This document shows, one piece after another, positions 47,727 through 56,099 of a stretch of 64,000 bases of DNA; the stretch's first letter is position 1, and each line of letters begins with the position of its first letter. The stretch is from an uncultured Acidobacteriota bacterium (GTDB lineage: Bacteria > Acidobacteriota > Thermoanaerobaculia > Multivoradales > UBA5704), in NCBI GenBank assembly GCA_963700145.1, contig OY969474.1:2080001-2144000 (forward strand), given 5' to 3'. The notes beneath the pieces are model-generated. The model did not search any database and was not told the origin of the DNA. It worked only from the letters and a program-made list of their open reading frames with translations. The translations under genes were made by a program, and so were the position numbers.

Positions 47727-48641
47727 ATGGAGACCGCCACCCTACCCGCAACATCCCGCTCCTGGACCCTCGCCCTCCCCGGCGGCCGCGCGCTCCTGCT
47801 CGGCGGCAGGCCGCGGGTCATGGGCGTCTTGAACCTCACCCCCGACTCCTTCAGCGACGGCGGCCTGTTCGCCGAGCCCGCGCGGGCCGTCGAGCGCGGC
47901 CTGGCGATGCTCGCCGAGGGCGCCGTCCTCCTCGACCTCGGCGCCGAGTCGACCCGCCCCGGCGGCGGCGTCTACGGCGCCGGCGCGCGGGAGGTGCCGG
48001 CCGACGAGGAGTGGTCGCGCCTCCAGCCGGTGCTCGCCGGCCTGCGGCGGGCGACGGGGGCGCCGCTCTCGGTCGACACCCGCAAGGGGGAGGTGGCGCG
48101 GCGCGCCCTCGCCGCGGGGGCCGACCTGGTCAACGACGTCGCCGCCGGGGCCGACCCGGCGCTGCTCGCCGCCGTCGCGGAGGCCGGCTGCCCGCTCGTC
48201 CTCATGCACAGCCGCGGCGAGCTGGCCACCATGCAGCGCGGCATCCACTTCGCCGACCCGGTGGGCGAGGTGCGCGCCGAGCTGGCGGCCGCCGTCGCCC
48301 GCGCCCGCGCCGCCGGCGTCGCGGAGGAGCAGCTCCTCGTCGATCCCGGCATCGGCTTCGGCAAGACAGCGGCGCAGAACCTCCTGCTGCTGCGGCGGCT
48401 GGACGACTTGGCCGAGCTGGGCCGCCCCGTCCTCGTCGGGGCCAGCCGGAAGAGCTTCTTGGGCACGGTGACCGGCGCCCCGCCGGCGGAGCGGCTGGCG
48501 GAGAGCCTCGCCGCCGCGGCCTGGGGGGCGGCAGGGGGAGCGGCGGTGCTGCGCGTCCACGACGTCGCCGCGACGGCGCGCTTCCTCGCCGTCTGGGCGG
48601 CGATCGGCGAGGCGGCGGACCCCGAGGAGACGGCGCCTTGA
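47727..48641 (+). CDS. folP: Dihydropteroate synthase
   Basis: MGVLNLTPDSFSDGG, ESTRPG, DPGIGFGK, SRKSF, RVHDV. Confidence 0.97.
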   Translation: METATLPATSRSWTLALPGGRALLLGGRPRVMGVLNLTPDSFSDGGLFAEPARAVERGLAMLAEGAVLLDLGAESTRPGGGVYGAGAREVPADEEWSRLQPVLAGLRRATGAPLSVDTRKGEVARRALAAGADLVNDVAAGADPALLAAVAEAGCPLVLMHSRGELATMQRGIHFADPVGEVRAELAAAVARARAAGVAEEQLLVDPGIGFGKTAAQNLLLLRRLDDLAELGRPVLVGASRKSFLGTVTGAPPAERLAESLAAAAWGAAGGAAVLRVHDVAATARFLAVWAAIGEAADPEETAP

Positions 48642-49426
48642 GCTTCGCGCGCCTCGCCGAGCTGCTGACCTGGCGCGACCTGATCGACGTCCTCGCCGTC
48701 GCCTTCATCATCTACCGGCTGCTGCTGCTGATCCGCGGCACGCGCGCGGCGCAGATCGCCGTCGGTCTGGTGTCGCTGGCCGCGGTCTACCAGCTCGCGC
48801 GCCTGCTCGAGCTGCCGACCCTCGAGGCGATCCTCGAGAGCCTGCTCATCGTCCTCCCCTTCGCCGTCATCATCCTCTTCCAGCAGGAGATCCGCCGCGC
48901 TCTCGCCAACGTCGGCCGCAACCCGCTGGCGCTGACCGAGAAGAAGCCGGTCGAGACCTTTGCCGAGATCGTCCTCGCCGCCACCGCGCTCTCGACGCAG
49001 AAGGTCGGCGCGCTGATCGTCGTCGAGCGCCAGCAGGGGCTGCGCGACTACGTCGAGAACGGCGTCCGGCTCGACGCCCTCCTCTCCTACGACCTGCTGA
49101 TCAGCATCTTCAGCCCCGACTCGCCGCTCCACGACGGCGCCGTCATCATCCAGGAGGACCGGGTGGCGGCGGCGGCCTGCTTCCTGCCGCTGACCTCCAA
49201 CCCCGCGCTGTCGAGCGAGTACGGCACCCGCCACTCGGCGGCGCTGGGGATCAGCGAGGAGACCGACGCCGTGGCGGTCGTCGTCTCCGAGGAGACCGGC
49301 GCGATCTCGGTCGCCTTCGACGGCCGGATGGAGAGCGACCTCGACGGCAAGGACCTGCGCAACGCGCTCTACAAGTACCTGATCACCGACCTCTACCCGC
49401 AGCGGGCGCGGGGGCGAGCGGCATGA
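48638..49426 (+). CDS. cdaA: Diadenylate cyclase CdaA/DacA
   Basis: Three N-terminal TM helices, FQQEIRRAL, PLHDGA, GTRHSAA, VSEETG. Confidence 0.93.
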   Translation: MSFARLAELLTWRDLIDVLAVAFIIYRLLLLIRGTRAAQIAVGLVSLAAVYQLARLLELPTLEAILESLLIVLPFAVIILFQQEIRRALANVGRNPLALTEKKPVETFAEIVLAATALSTQKVGALIVVERQQGLRDYVENGVRLDALLSYDLLISIFSPDSPLHDGAVIIQEDRVAAAACFLPLTSNPALSSEYGTRHSAALGISEETDAVAVVVSEETGAISVAFDGRMESDLDGKDLRNALYKYLITDLYPQRARGRAA

Positions 49427-49515
49427 CCGAAGTTGATCTCCACACCCCCCCTCCTGGCCTCCCCCCGCAAGGGGGGGAGGGACGCGGCCGCACCCGAGAG
49501 AGCGCAAGCCGATGA
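49423..49515 (+). CDS. 30-codon bridging mini-ORF carrying a palindromic repeat
   Basis: MTEVDLHTPPPGLPPQGGEGRGRTRESASR*; ATGA overlaps with both the cdaA stop and the cdaR start. Confidence 0.5.
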   Translation: MTEVDLHTPPPGLPPQGGEGRGRTRESASR

Positions 49516-50198
49516 CGGAGGTAACCCGCCTCTGGGGCATCCGCCTGCTGGCGCTCGCCATCGCCGTGGCGATCTGGTTCAGCGTCTCGCTCGACGAGCG
49601 GCGGAAGCTGTCGGAGAAGGTCGTCGAGGCGAGCGTCAGCTACAACCGGCCGCGCGGCATGATCATCCTCGACCCGGTGGGGACCGTCGAGGTGCGGCTG
49701 CGCGGCACCGAGCGGGCGATCCGCCAGCTCAACCCCGACCTGGTGGACGTGGAGATCAACCTGGCGCGCACTCCCGAAGGCCAGGTCACCGTGCCGCTGG
49801 GCCCGGACGACGTGCTGACGCCCGACGGCCTGGAGGTCGTCTCCATCCGTCCCAACGCCATCCGCGTCGAGCTCGACCGCGAGATCACGCGGCGCGTGCC
49901 GGTCGAGCCGGTGCTGGTCGGCGAGCCGGCCGCGGGCGCGACGGTCGGCCCGCCGGAGGTCCTCCCCAACCAGGTGCAGGTGACCGGGCCCGAGTCGCTG
50001 CTCAGCCGCCTGCGCTCGCTGCCGACGGCGCCGATCGGCCTCGACGGCCACGCCGTCCCCTTCGACGTGCTGGTGGCGGTCGAGGCGCCCGACCCGCTGA
50101 TCCAGATCGTGCCGCCGTCGCGGGTCAGCGTGCACGTGCCGATGACCCCGCCCGAGATCCGCCCCGACGCCCTGCGCAGCGAGCCGGACGAGCGGTGA
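49512..50198 (+). CDS. cdaR: CdaR/YbbR-domain protein
   Basis: N-terminal TM (LLALAIAVAIW), V.V.LRG, P..V.V.GP; synteny. Confidence 0.88.
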   Translation: MTEVTRLWGIRLLALAIAVAIWFSVSLDERRKLSEKVVEASVSYNRPRGMIILDPVGTVEVRLRGTERAIRQLNPDLVDVEINLARTPEGQVTVPLGPDDVLTPDGLEVVSIRPNAIRVELDREITRRVPVEPVLVGEPAAGATVGPPEVLPNQVQVTGPESLLSRLRSLPTAPIGLDGHAVPFDVLVAVEAPDPLIQIVPPSRVSVHVPMTPPEIRPDALRSEPDER

Positions 50199-51541
50199 GC
50201 GGCCGCCTCTTCGGCACCGACGGCATCCGCGCCCCCTTCGGCGAGCCACCGCTCGACCGCGCGACCGTCACGGCGGTGGGGCGGGCGCTCGCCGCGACGC
50301 TGCACGACGAAGGGCGGGAGACGACGGTCGTCCTCGGCGGCGACACGCGCGAGAGCACGCCGGCGCTGTGCCGCTGGCTGGCCTCCGGGCTCGCTGCCGG
50401 CGGCGTCGCCACGCTCTACGGCGGCGTCGTCCCGACGCCCGGCGTCGCGTACCTCACGCGGCGGCGGGGCGCCGGGGCGGGCGTCGTCGTCTCGGCGAGC
50501 CACAACCCCTACCCCGACAACGGCATCAAGCTGATCGACGGCGACGGCTTCAAGTGGAGCGAGGCGGCGGAGGCGGCGCTGGAGGAGCGGATCGAAGACC
50601 GGATGGGTGAGAAGGACGGGGCGGCGGAATCGCCGCTCGCCGAGGACCCCTCACTCCGCGAGGAGTACCTGGCGCACCTCGCGGACAGCGTCCCCGGCGA
50701 TCGGCCGCTGGCCGGCCTGGCGGTCGTGCTCGACGCCGGCAACGGCGCCACCTCGGCCTACGCCGAGGAGGCGTTCGCGCGCCTCGGGGCGCGCACCACC
50801 CTCCTCCACGCCGCCCCCGACGGCCGCAACGTCAACGCGAGGTGCGGCTCGACGGTGCCGGACGAGATGGCGGCGGCGGTGCCGGCCGCCGGCGCCGACC
50901 TCGGCGCCGCCTTCGACGGCGACGGCGACCGCTGCATCCTGGCCGACGAGACCGGTGCGGTGCGCGACGGCGACGCCATCCTCTACCTCTGGGGCACCGC
51001 CCTCGCCGCCCGCGGCGAGCTCGAGCCGCGCAAGGTGGTGGCCACCTCGATGAGCAACCTCGGTCTCGAGCGGGCGCTCGCCCGCGAGGGGATCGAGCTG
51101 CTGCGCACCGGCGTCGGCGACCGGCTGGTCGTCGAGGCAATGCGGCGGGAGGGGGTCCGGCTCGGCGGCGAGCAGTCCGGGCACGTCGTCGAGACGTCGC
51201 TCGCCACGACCGGCGACGGGCTGCTGACGGCGCTGCAGATCGCGCGGCTGGTGCGCGAGTCCGGGCAGCCCCTGTCGCGGCTCCTGGCCGGCTTCCGCCG
51301 CTACCCGCAGGTGCTGCTCAACGTCCGCGTGGCGCGCAAGCCGGACCTCGCGACCGTGCCCCGCGTCGCCGCCGCCGTCCGCGCCGCCGAGGAGACCCTC
51401 GGCGCCGACGGCCGCCTAGTCCTCCGCTACAGCGGCACCGAGCCCCTAGCCCGCGTCATGATCGAAGGCCCCGAACAGGCCGAGATCGACGCCTTGGCCG
51501 GCACGATCGCCGGCGCCATCCGCGACGAGCTGGGAGCCTGA
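50195..51541 (+). CDS. glmM: Phosphoglucosamine mutase
   Basis: FGTDGIR, SASHNP, FDGDGDR, GGEQSGH, RYSGTEP. Confidence 0.97.
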   Translation: MSGRLFGTDGIRAPFGEPPLDRATVTAVGRALAATLHDEGRETTVVLGGDTRESTPALCRWLASGLAAGGVATLYGGVVPTPGVAYLTRRRGAGAGVVVSASHNPYPDNGIKLIDGDGFKWSEAAEAALEERIEDRMGEKDGAAESPLAEDPSLREEYLAHLADSVPGDRPLAGLAVVLDAGNGATSAYAEEAFARLGARTTLLHAAPDGRNVNARCGSTVPDEMAAAVPAAGADLGAAFDGDGDRCILADETGAVRDGDAILYLWGTALAARGELEPRKVVATSMSNLGLERALAREGIELLRTGVGDRLVVEAMRREGVRLGGEQSGHVVETSLATTGDGLLTALQIARLVRESGQPLSRLLAGFRRYPQVLLNVRVARKPDLATVPRVAAAVRAAEETLGADGRLVLRYSGTEPLARVMIEGPEQAEIDALAGTIAGAIRDELGA

Positions 51542-51550
51542 CGGCGCCGC

Positions 51551-51737
51551 CGGGACCGTCGCCTGCGGCAGGCGACGGTCGTTTGCGGCAGATGACCGTC
51601 GTTTACTCTAGACGACCGTCGTGTGTAGTAGACTACCGTCGCTCAGTACAGATGATAGTCGTCTGGAGTAAACTACCGTCGTTTAGGCCAAACGACGGTC
51701 GCCCGGCTCAAACGACCGTCGTCCGGAGCAGACGACC
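51551..51737. repeat. Array of about 9.5 units at exact 20-bp period: 15-bp palindrome (AGACGAC-C-GTCGTYT) plus 5-nt variable spacer
   Basis: Invariant GTCG at 51558+20n (n=0-8) and invariant A at 51570+20n. Confidence 0.93.
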
Positions 51738-52130
51738 ATGACCATGCGCGGAATCAACTCCTTGGCCGACAAGCTCAAGCTCTGGCAGCAGCTCCGCGCC
51801 GGCACCGGCCGCCTTCTCGACGACCTCCCCCACCTGCGCCCGGAGGTCACGACGTTCGAGACGGAGCTGCGGGACCTCGTGGCGATCGACGAGGAGCACG
51901 CCGCGACGACCGCCCGCCTGCGCGAGCTGACCCGCCGCCGCGCCGAGGCCCAGGTCCGCGTTCGTGGCCTGCGAAACCGCATCGCCGCGACGCTCCAAGG
52001 CCACTACGGCCCAGAGAGCGACACCCTGATCGAATACGGTATAGCCCCCCGCCGCCGCCGCCCGCGCCGCAAACCGGAGCCGGAGACCCCCACTATCTCC
52101 GAAGTACCTACCGAGCCGGTCGAGGAGTAG
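51738..52130 (+). CDS. Uncharacterised coiled-coil protein with basic C-terminal tail
   Basis: LPHL, long amphipathic helices, HYGPESDTLIEYGIAP followed by RRRRPRRK; GGAG 10 nt upstream. Confidence 0.8.
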   Translation: MTMRGINSLADKLKLWQQLRAGTGRLLDDLPHLRPEVTTFETELRDLVAIDEEHAATTARLRELTRRRAEAQVRVRGLRNRIAATLQGHYGPESDTLIEYGIAPRRRRPRRKPEPETPTISEVPTEPVEE

Positions 52131-52208
52131 GCCTCTACCCACCCGAGTATCTAGGATATCTTCGACGCCTGAATTGGATATCCGGCCCCTGCCGGAAGGA
52201 GCGCGGCG

Positions 52209-52424
52209 ATGAGCGTGCGCAAAACCAGCGTCGAGATCAACGAGGACCTCCTGCAGGAGGCCCAACGGGTGCTTTCGACGACGACCATCAAGGACACTAT
52301 CGAGGAAGCCCTCCGCGAGGTCCTGCGCGTGGAAGCTCGGCGTGAGGAGATCGAAGCGCTCTCGGCGATGCGCGGAATGGACCTCGCCGATCCGGAGGTG
52401 ATGTCCGGGGCCTGGCGCCCGTGA
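52209..52424 (+). CDS. vapB: VapB-type antitoxin (RHH)
   Basis: RKTSVEINEDLLQEA...TTIKDTIEEALR; overlaps the PIN gene. Confidence 0.88.
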   Translation: MSVRKTSVEINEDLLQEAQRVLSTTTIKDTIEEALREVLRVEARREEIEALSAMRGMDLADPEVMSGAWRP

Positions 52425-52834
52425 GGGCGCGGTACCTCGTAGACAAGAGCGCGCTGGCGCGGATGCCGCTCGAGCCGGTGCGCGAGGTGCTGGCGCCGAT
52501 CATCGACGCCGGCGAGGCCGCCACCTGCGCCATCATCGATTTGGAAGTTCTCTTCAGTGCCAGGAACCGCGAGGACCACGATCGCATCCGCGAGCGCCGC
52601 GCCCTCGCCTACCACTCGGTGCCGATTACCGAGGAGATTTTCCAGCGAGCGATCGCGATCCAGTCCGCGCTCGCCCGCAGCGGCCGCCACCGGGTGCCGA
52701 TCCCGGACCTGATCATCGCCGCCACCGCGGAAGCCGCCGAGCTGGTGTTACTGCACTACGACCACGACTATGACGTTATCGCCGAGGTAACCGGGCAGCG
52801 CGCGGAGTGGGTCGTCGAGCGCGGCGTGCTCTAG
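52421..52834 (+). CDS. vapC: VapC PIN-domain toxin
   Basis: YLVDKSA, LE.L.S, DLIIAATA, LHYD.DYD. Confidence 0.92.
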   Translation: MRARYLVDKSALARMPLEPVREVLAPIIDAGEAATCAIIDLEVLFSARNREDHDRIRERRALAYHSVPITEEIFQRAIAIQSALARSGRHRVPIPDLIIAATAEAAELVLLHYDHDYDVIAEVTGQRAEWVVERGVL

Positions 52835-52847
52835 CGCCGGCCTTGCT

Positions 52848-53063
52848 TCACCGCTCGATCTCCAAGTCCGCCGAGTGCGGCTGCTCCGGCTCGCGCTGGA
52901 TGAGGACCGTGGCGGCGATCGGGAAGAAGGCGCGGTGGAGGCGCTCGCCGAACTGGCAGTTGACTTCGTAGTAGCCGTCGCCGCTGACCTGGAGCAGGGT
53001 CGCCCTGCCTCCCTTGATCCCCAGCAGCTCGTTATGGATCAGCACCTCGGCCGGTAGCTCCAT
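52848..53063 (-). CDS. Small hypothetical protein
   Basis: GGAG Shine-Dalgarno, host-like codon use, directly after the response regulator. Confidence 0.65.
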   Translation of the reverse strand: MELPAEVLIHNELLGIKGGRATLLQVSGDGYYEVNCQFGERLHRAFFPIAATVLIQREPEQPHSADLEIER

Positions 53064-53072
53064 CGCACTCTC

Positions 53073-54461
53073 CTAATCCGTGTAAAAACCCGCGTCCTTG
53101 TACTCCTTGAGCTTCCGCTGCAGGGTACGCAGGCCGATCCCCAAGAGGTCGGCGGCCTTGGCGCGGTGGCCGGCGGTGCGGGCGAGGGTCTCGAGGATCG
53201 CCTGGCGCTCGATCTCCTCCATCGTGCGCGTGCCGCCGACCGCCGACTGTACCCGCCCGCCCGCCGCCGAGACGGTGGCCGCGTCGCGCACCTCGGCGGG
53301 CAGGTCCACCGGCTCCACCACGTCCCCCTGGTGGAAGACGACCACCGACTCGATCACGTTCTTGAGCTGGCGCACGTTGCCCGGCCAGGGGAAGCGGGCG
53401 AGAAGCTCCAGCGCCTCGGGGGCGAGGCGCTTGGGGGGCTTCCCGTGCTCCTCGGTGAAGAGCGCCAGGAAGTGCTCGGCCAGGAGCGGCACGTCCTCCG
53501 GCCGCTCGCGCAGCGGCGGGATGCGCAGCGTCACCACCTTGAGCCGGTAGTAGAGGTCCTCGCGGAACTTCCCCTCCGCCACCACCCGCTCGAGGTCGCG
53601 GTTGGTGGCGGCGAGGAGGCGAAAGTCGACCGGGATCACCTCGCCACCGCCGACGCGCATGATCTGCCGCTCCTCGAGGACGCGCAGGAGCTTGACCTGG
53701 AGCTCGGGGTAGAGCTCGCTGATCTCGTCGAGGAAGAGGGTGCCGCGGTGGGCGAGCTCGAACTTGCCGATCTTGCGCGCGATGGCGCCGGTGAAGGAGC
53801 CGCGCTCGTGGCCGAAGAGCTCGCTCTCCAGGATGTCCGGGGGGATGGCGCCGCAGTTGATGGCCAAGAAGCGCTCGTTGCGCCGCGGGCTGGCGCGGTG
53901 GATCGCCGCCGCGACCAGTTCCTTGCCGGTGCCGCTCTCGCCGACGACCAGCACCGTCGACCGCGTCGGGGCGACGAGCTGCATCTGCTCGAAGAGGCGC
54001 TCCATCGGCGCCGAGTGGCCGATGATGCTCTCGAAACCGTAGCGCTTGTCGAGCTGCTGGCGCAGGCTGGTGACCTCCTCGCGCAGCTGCTGCTTCTCGA
54101 TCAGGTTCATCACCCGCTGCCGCAGCTCGTAGAGGTCGACCGGCTTGGTCAGGTAGTCGTCGGCGCCGACGCGCATCGCCTCGACCGCCGACTCGATCGA
54201 GCCGTAGCCGGTCACCAGGACGACCGCCAGCTCGTCGCCGCGCTCGCGCACTTCCTGGAGGAAAGCGAGGCCGTCCGTGCCCGGCATCCGCAGGTCGCAG
54301 ACCGCCAGCCGCGCGCCTTCGTTCTCCGCCAGGTAGTCGAGCGCCTTGCGCGCGTCGTCGAAGGTGCGCACCGCGAGCCCCGCCTTCTCGAGGGCGATCG
54401 CCATCGACTCGCGCGAGCCGCTCTCGTCGTCGATGACGAGAACGAGGGGTTTCTCGGCCAT
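53073..54461 (-). CDS. Sigma54-dependent response regulator (NtrC/ZraR type)
   Basis: REC domain, GESGTGKE, ESELFGHERGSFTGA, WPGNVR, Fis-type HTH. Confidence 0.96.
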   Translation of the reverse strand: MAEKPLVLVIDDESGSRESMAIALEKAGLAVRTFDDARKALDYLAENEGARLAVCDLRMPGTDGLAFLQEVRERGDELAVVLVTGYGSIESAVEAMRVGADDYLTKPVDLYELRQRVMNLIEKQQLREEVTSLRQQLDKRYGFESIIGHSAPMERLFEQMQLVAPTRSTVLVVGESGTGKELVAAAIHRASPRRNERFLAINCGAIPPDILESELFGHERGSFTGAIARKIGKFELAHRGTLFLDEISELYPELQVKLLRVLEERQIMRVGGGEVIPVDFRLLAATNRDLERVVAEGKFREDLYYRLKVVTLRIPPLRERPEDVPLLAEHFLALFTEEHGKPPKRLAPEALELLARFPWPGNVRQLKNVIESVVVFHQGDVVEPVDLPAEVRDAATVSAAGGRVQSAVGGTRTMEEIERQAILETLARTAGHRAKAADLLGIGLRTLQRKLKEYKDAGFYTD

Positions 54462-54495
54462 GCCGAGCCATTTTGGCACAAGGAGAGGGGAAGGC

Positions 54496-55746
54496 TCAGC
54501 CCGGGTAGCGGACGACCATGACCGTGCGGTCGTCTTCCTGCGGCGTCTCGCCGTCGAACTCCTGGACGCTCCGGAAGATGGCGTCGACGATCGCCTCGGC
54601 GGACTCGGCGCGCCGCTCGGTGGCGACGCGCAAGAGGCGCGCGACGCCGAACTCCTCCATCTTGCCGTCCTCGCCCCGGCCGCGCGCCTCGACGATGCCG
54701 TCGGTGTAGAAGACCAGCGTGTCCCCGGGCTTCATGATGACGAAGCCGCGCTCGTAGCTGGCGTGGGCGAGCGGCCCGAGCACCGGGCCCCCCTCCTCGA
54801 GGAAGCGCACGGCGCCGTCGCGCGCCAGGTGGAACGGCGGCGGGTGGCCGGCGTTGACGTAGATGAAGACGCCGTTCGGCTCCAGCTCGCCGTAGAACAT
54901 CGAGACGAAGCGGCTGGTCAGGGTGCTCTGGTGGATGATCTTGTTCATCCGCTCGACGGTGCGCACGATCTTGAAGTCGCGCGCCAGCCCCATCCGCAGC
55001 CCCATGTAGACGTCGCGCACCTGCAGCGCCGCCGGCAGGCCGTGCCCCGAGACGTCGGCGATGGTCAGGCCCAGGATCTTCTCGGTCACCGGGATGTAGT
55101 CGTAGTAGTCGCCCCCCACCTCCTCCATCGACTCCGAGCGGCCGCAGAGGTCGAAGTCGCCGTACTCCGGCACCCGCCGCGGCAGGATCGAGGCCTGGAT
55201 CTTCCGCGCCTCCTCGAAGATCCCCTGCATGCGGTCGCGGCGAATCTTCTGGTTGATCGAGTGGCGGAGGATGCCGAGCGAGAACAGGACGTCGTCGGGG
55301 TGGTGGCCGGGGCGGACGTCGAAGGCGAGGATGTACTCCTCGTCGCCGACTTCGATGGCGGCGAAGTCGCCGGCGCCGAGCTGCTCCTCGAGGCTGCGGT
55401 CGACGTGCGGGTCGTCGGGGCCCATGTAGACGGCGCCCTGCTCGAGGAGGAGCTTGATCGGCCGGTAGCTGACCGGGATCTTGAGTCCCGCCGGCACCTC
55501 CTTGGCGTCGCCGAAGGTGCCCTGCAGCACGTAGGAGCGGCCGCTCCGCCGGTAGAGCCGCCCGCCGTAGATCCCCAGCTCGTCGCGGAATTTCTGGACG
55601 ATCGTGGCGACGATCGACTGGATGGTCGCACCGGTGTCCTCGCCGCGGTCCATGACCGCGACCACCTGCTCGACCTTCTTCATCAGCCCCCGATAGTCGA
55701 CCGGGGGGGCGTCGGTGGTAATCAAATGCGCTCTCCTGGCGTTCAA
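54496..55746 (-). CDS. PP2C/SpoIIE (RsbU-like) phosphatase with GAF-like N-terminus
   Basis: VGGDYYD, DVSGHG, NAGHPP, YTDGIVEA, DDRT; start uncertain. Confidence 0.92.
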   Translation of the reverse strand: MNARRAHLITTDAPPVDYRGLMKKVEQVVAVMDRGEDTGATIQSIVATIVQKFRDELGIYGGRLYRRSGRSYVLQGTFGDAKEVPAGLKIPVSYRPIKLLLEQGAVYMGPDDPHVDRSLEEQLGAGDFAAIEVGDEEYILAFDVRPGHHPDDVLFSLGILRHSINQKIRRDRMQGIFEEARKIQASILPRRVPEYGDFDLCGRSESMEEVGGDYYDYIPVTEKILGLTIADVSGHGLPAALQVRDVYMGLRMGLARDFKIVRTVERMNKIIHQSTLTSRFVSMFYGELEPNGVFIYVNAGHPPPFHLARDGAVRFLEEGGPVLGPLAHASYERGFVIMKPGDTLVFYTDGIVEARGRGEDGKMEEFGVARLLRVATERRAESAEAIVDAIFRSVQEFDGETPQEDDRTVMVVRYPG

Positions 55747-55777
55747 GGATAGCGGAGGGAGCCCTGGTGTAGCATCA

Positions 55778-55997
55778 GTGCAACCAGCGGAAACAGAAAC
55801 AGGGGCCGCGAAGGCGGCGAAGACCTACCGCCAGGGAGCCAAGCTCCGCCAGAAGGGAGAAGACCACCGACGCGGCGGAGCGCGAGGCGCTCTACAAGCA
55901 CGAGGCGCTCAAGGCCTGCAGCATGGCCAAGGCCCTGAAGCCGCGCAACGAGAAGGCCAAGAAGTGCTTCACCGACGCCGGGGGCGTGGAGGGCTAA
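55778..55997 (+). pseudogene. Possible frameshifted remnant of a helical/TPR-like gene
   Basis: Coding-like codons that switch frame near 55860 and end ...AKKCFTDAGGVEG*. Confidence 0.3.
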
Positions 55998-56099
55998 CCG
56001 CCGTAGCGGCCCGTCCGCCGATTCGGGCGGCCGGTTCGCCGATCCGATCTCTCCTCGGCCGCTGGCGTGGGGTACCAATGCGGCGAGGAGGAGACCGAG

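Noticed and set aside
51551-51737. CRISPR array
   Set aside because: Period is 20 bp with 5-nt variable parts, repeats are degenerate and no cas genes are present; kept as a non-CRISPR array.
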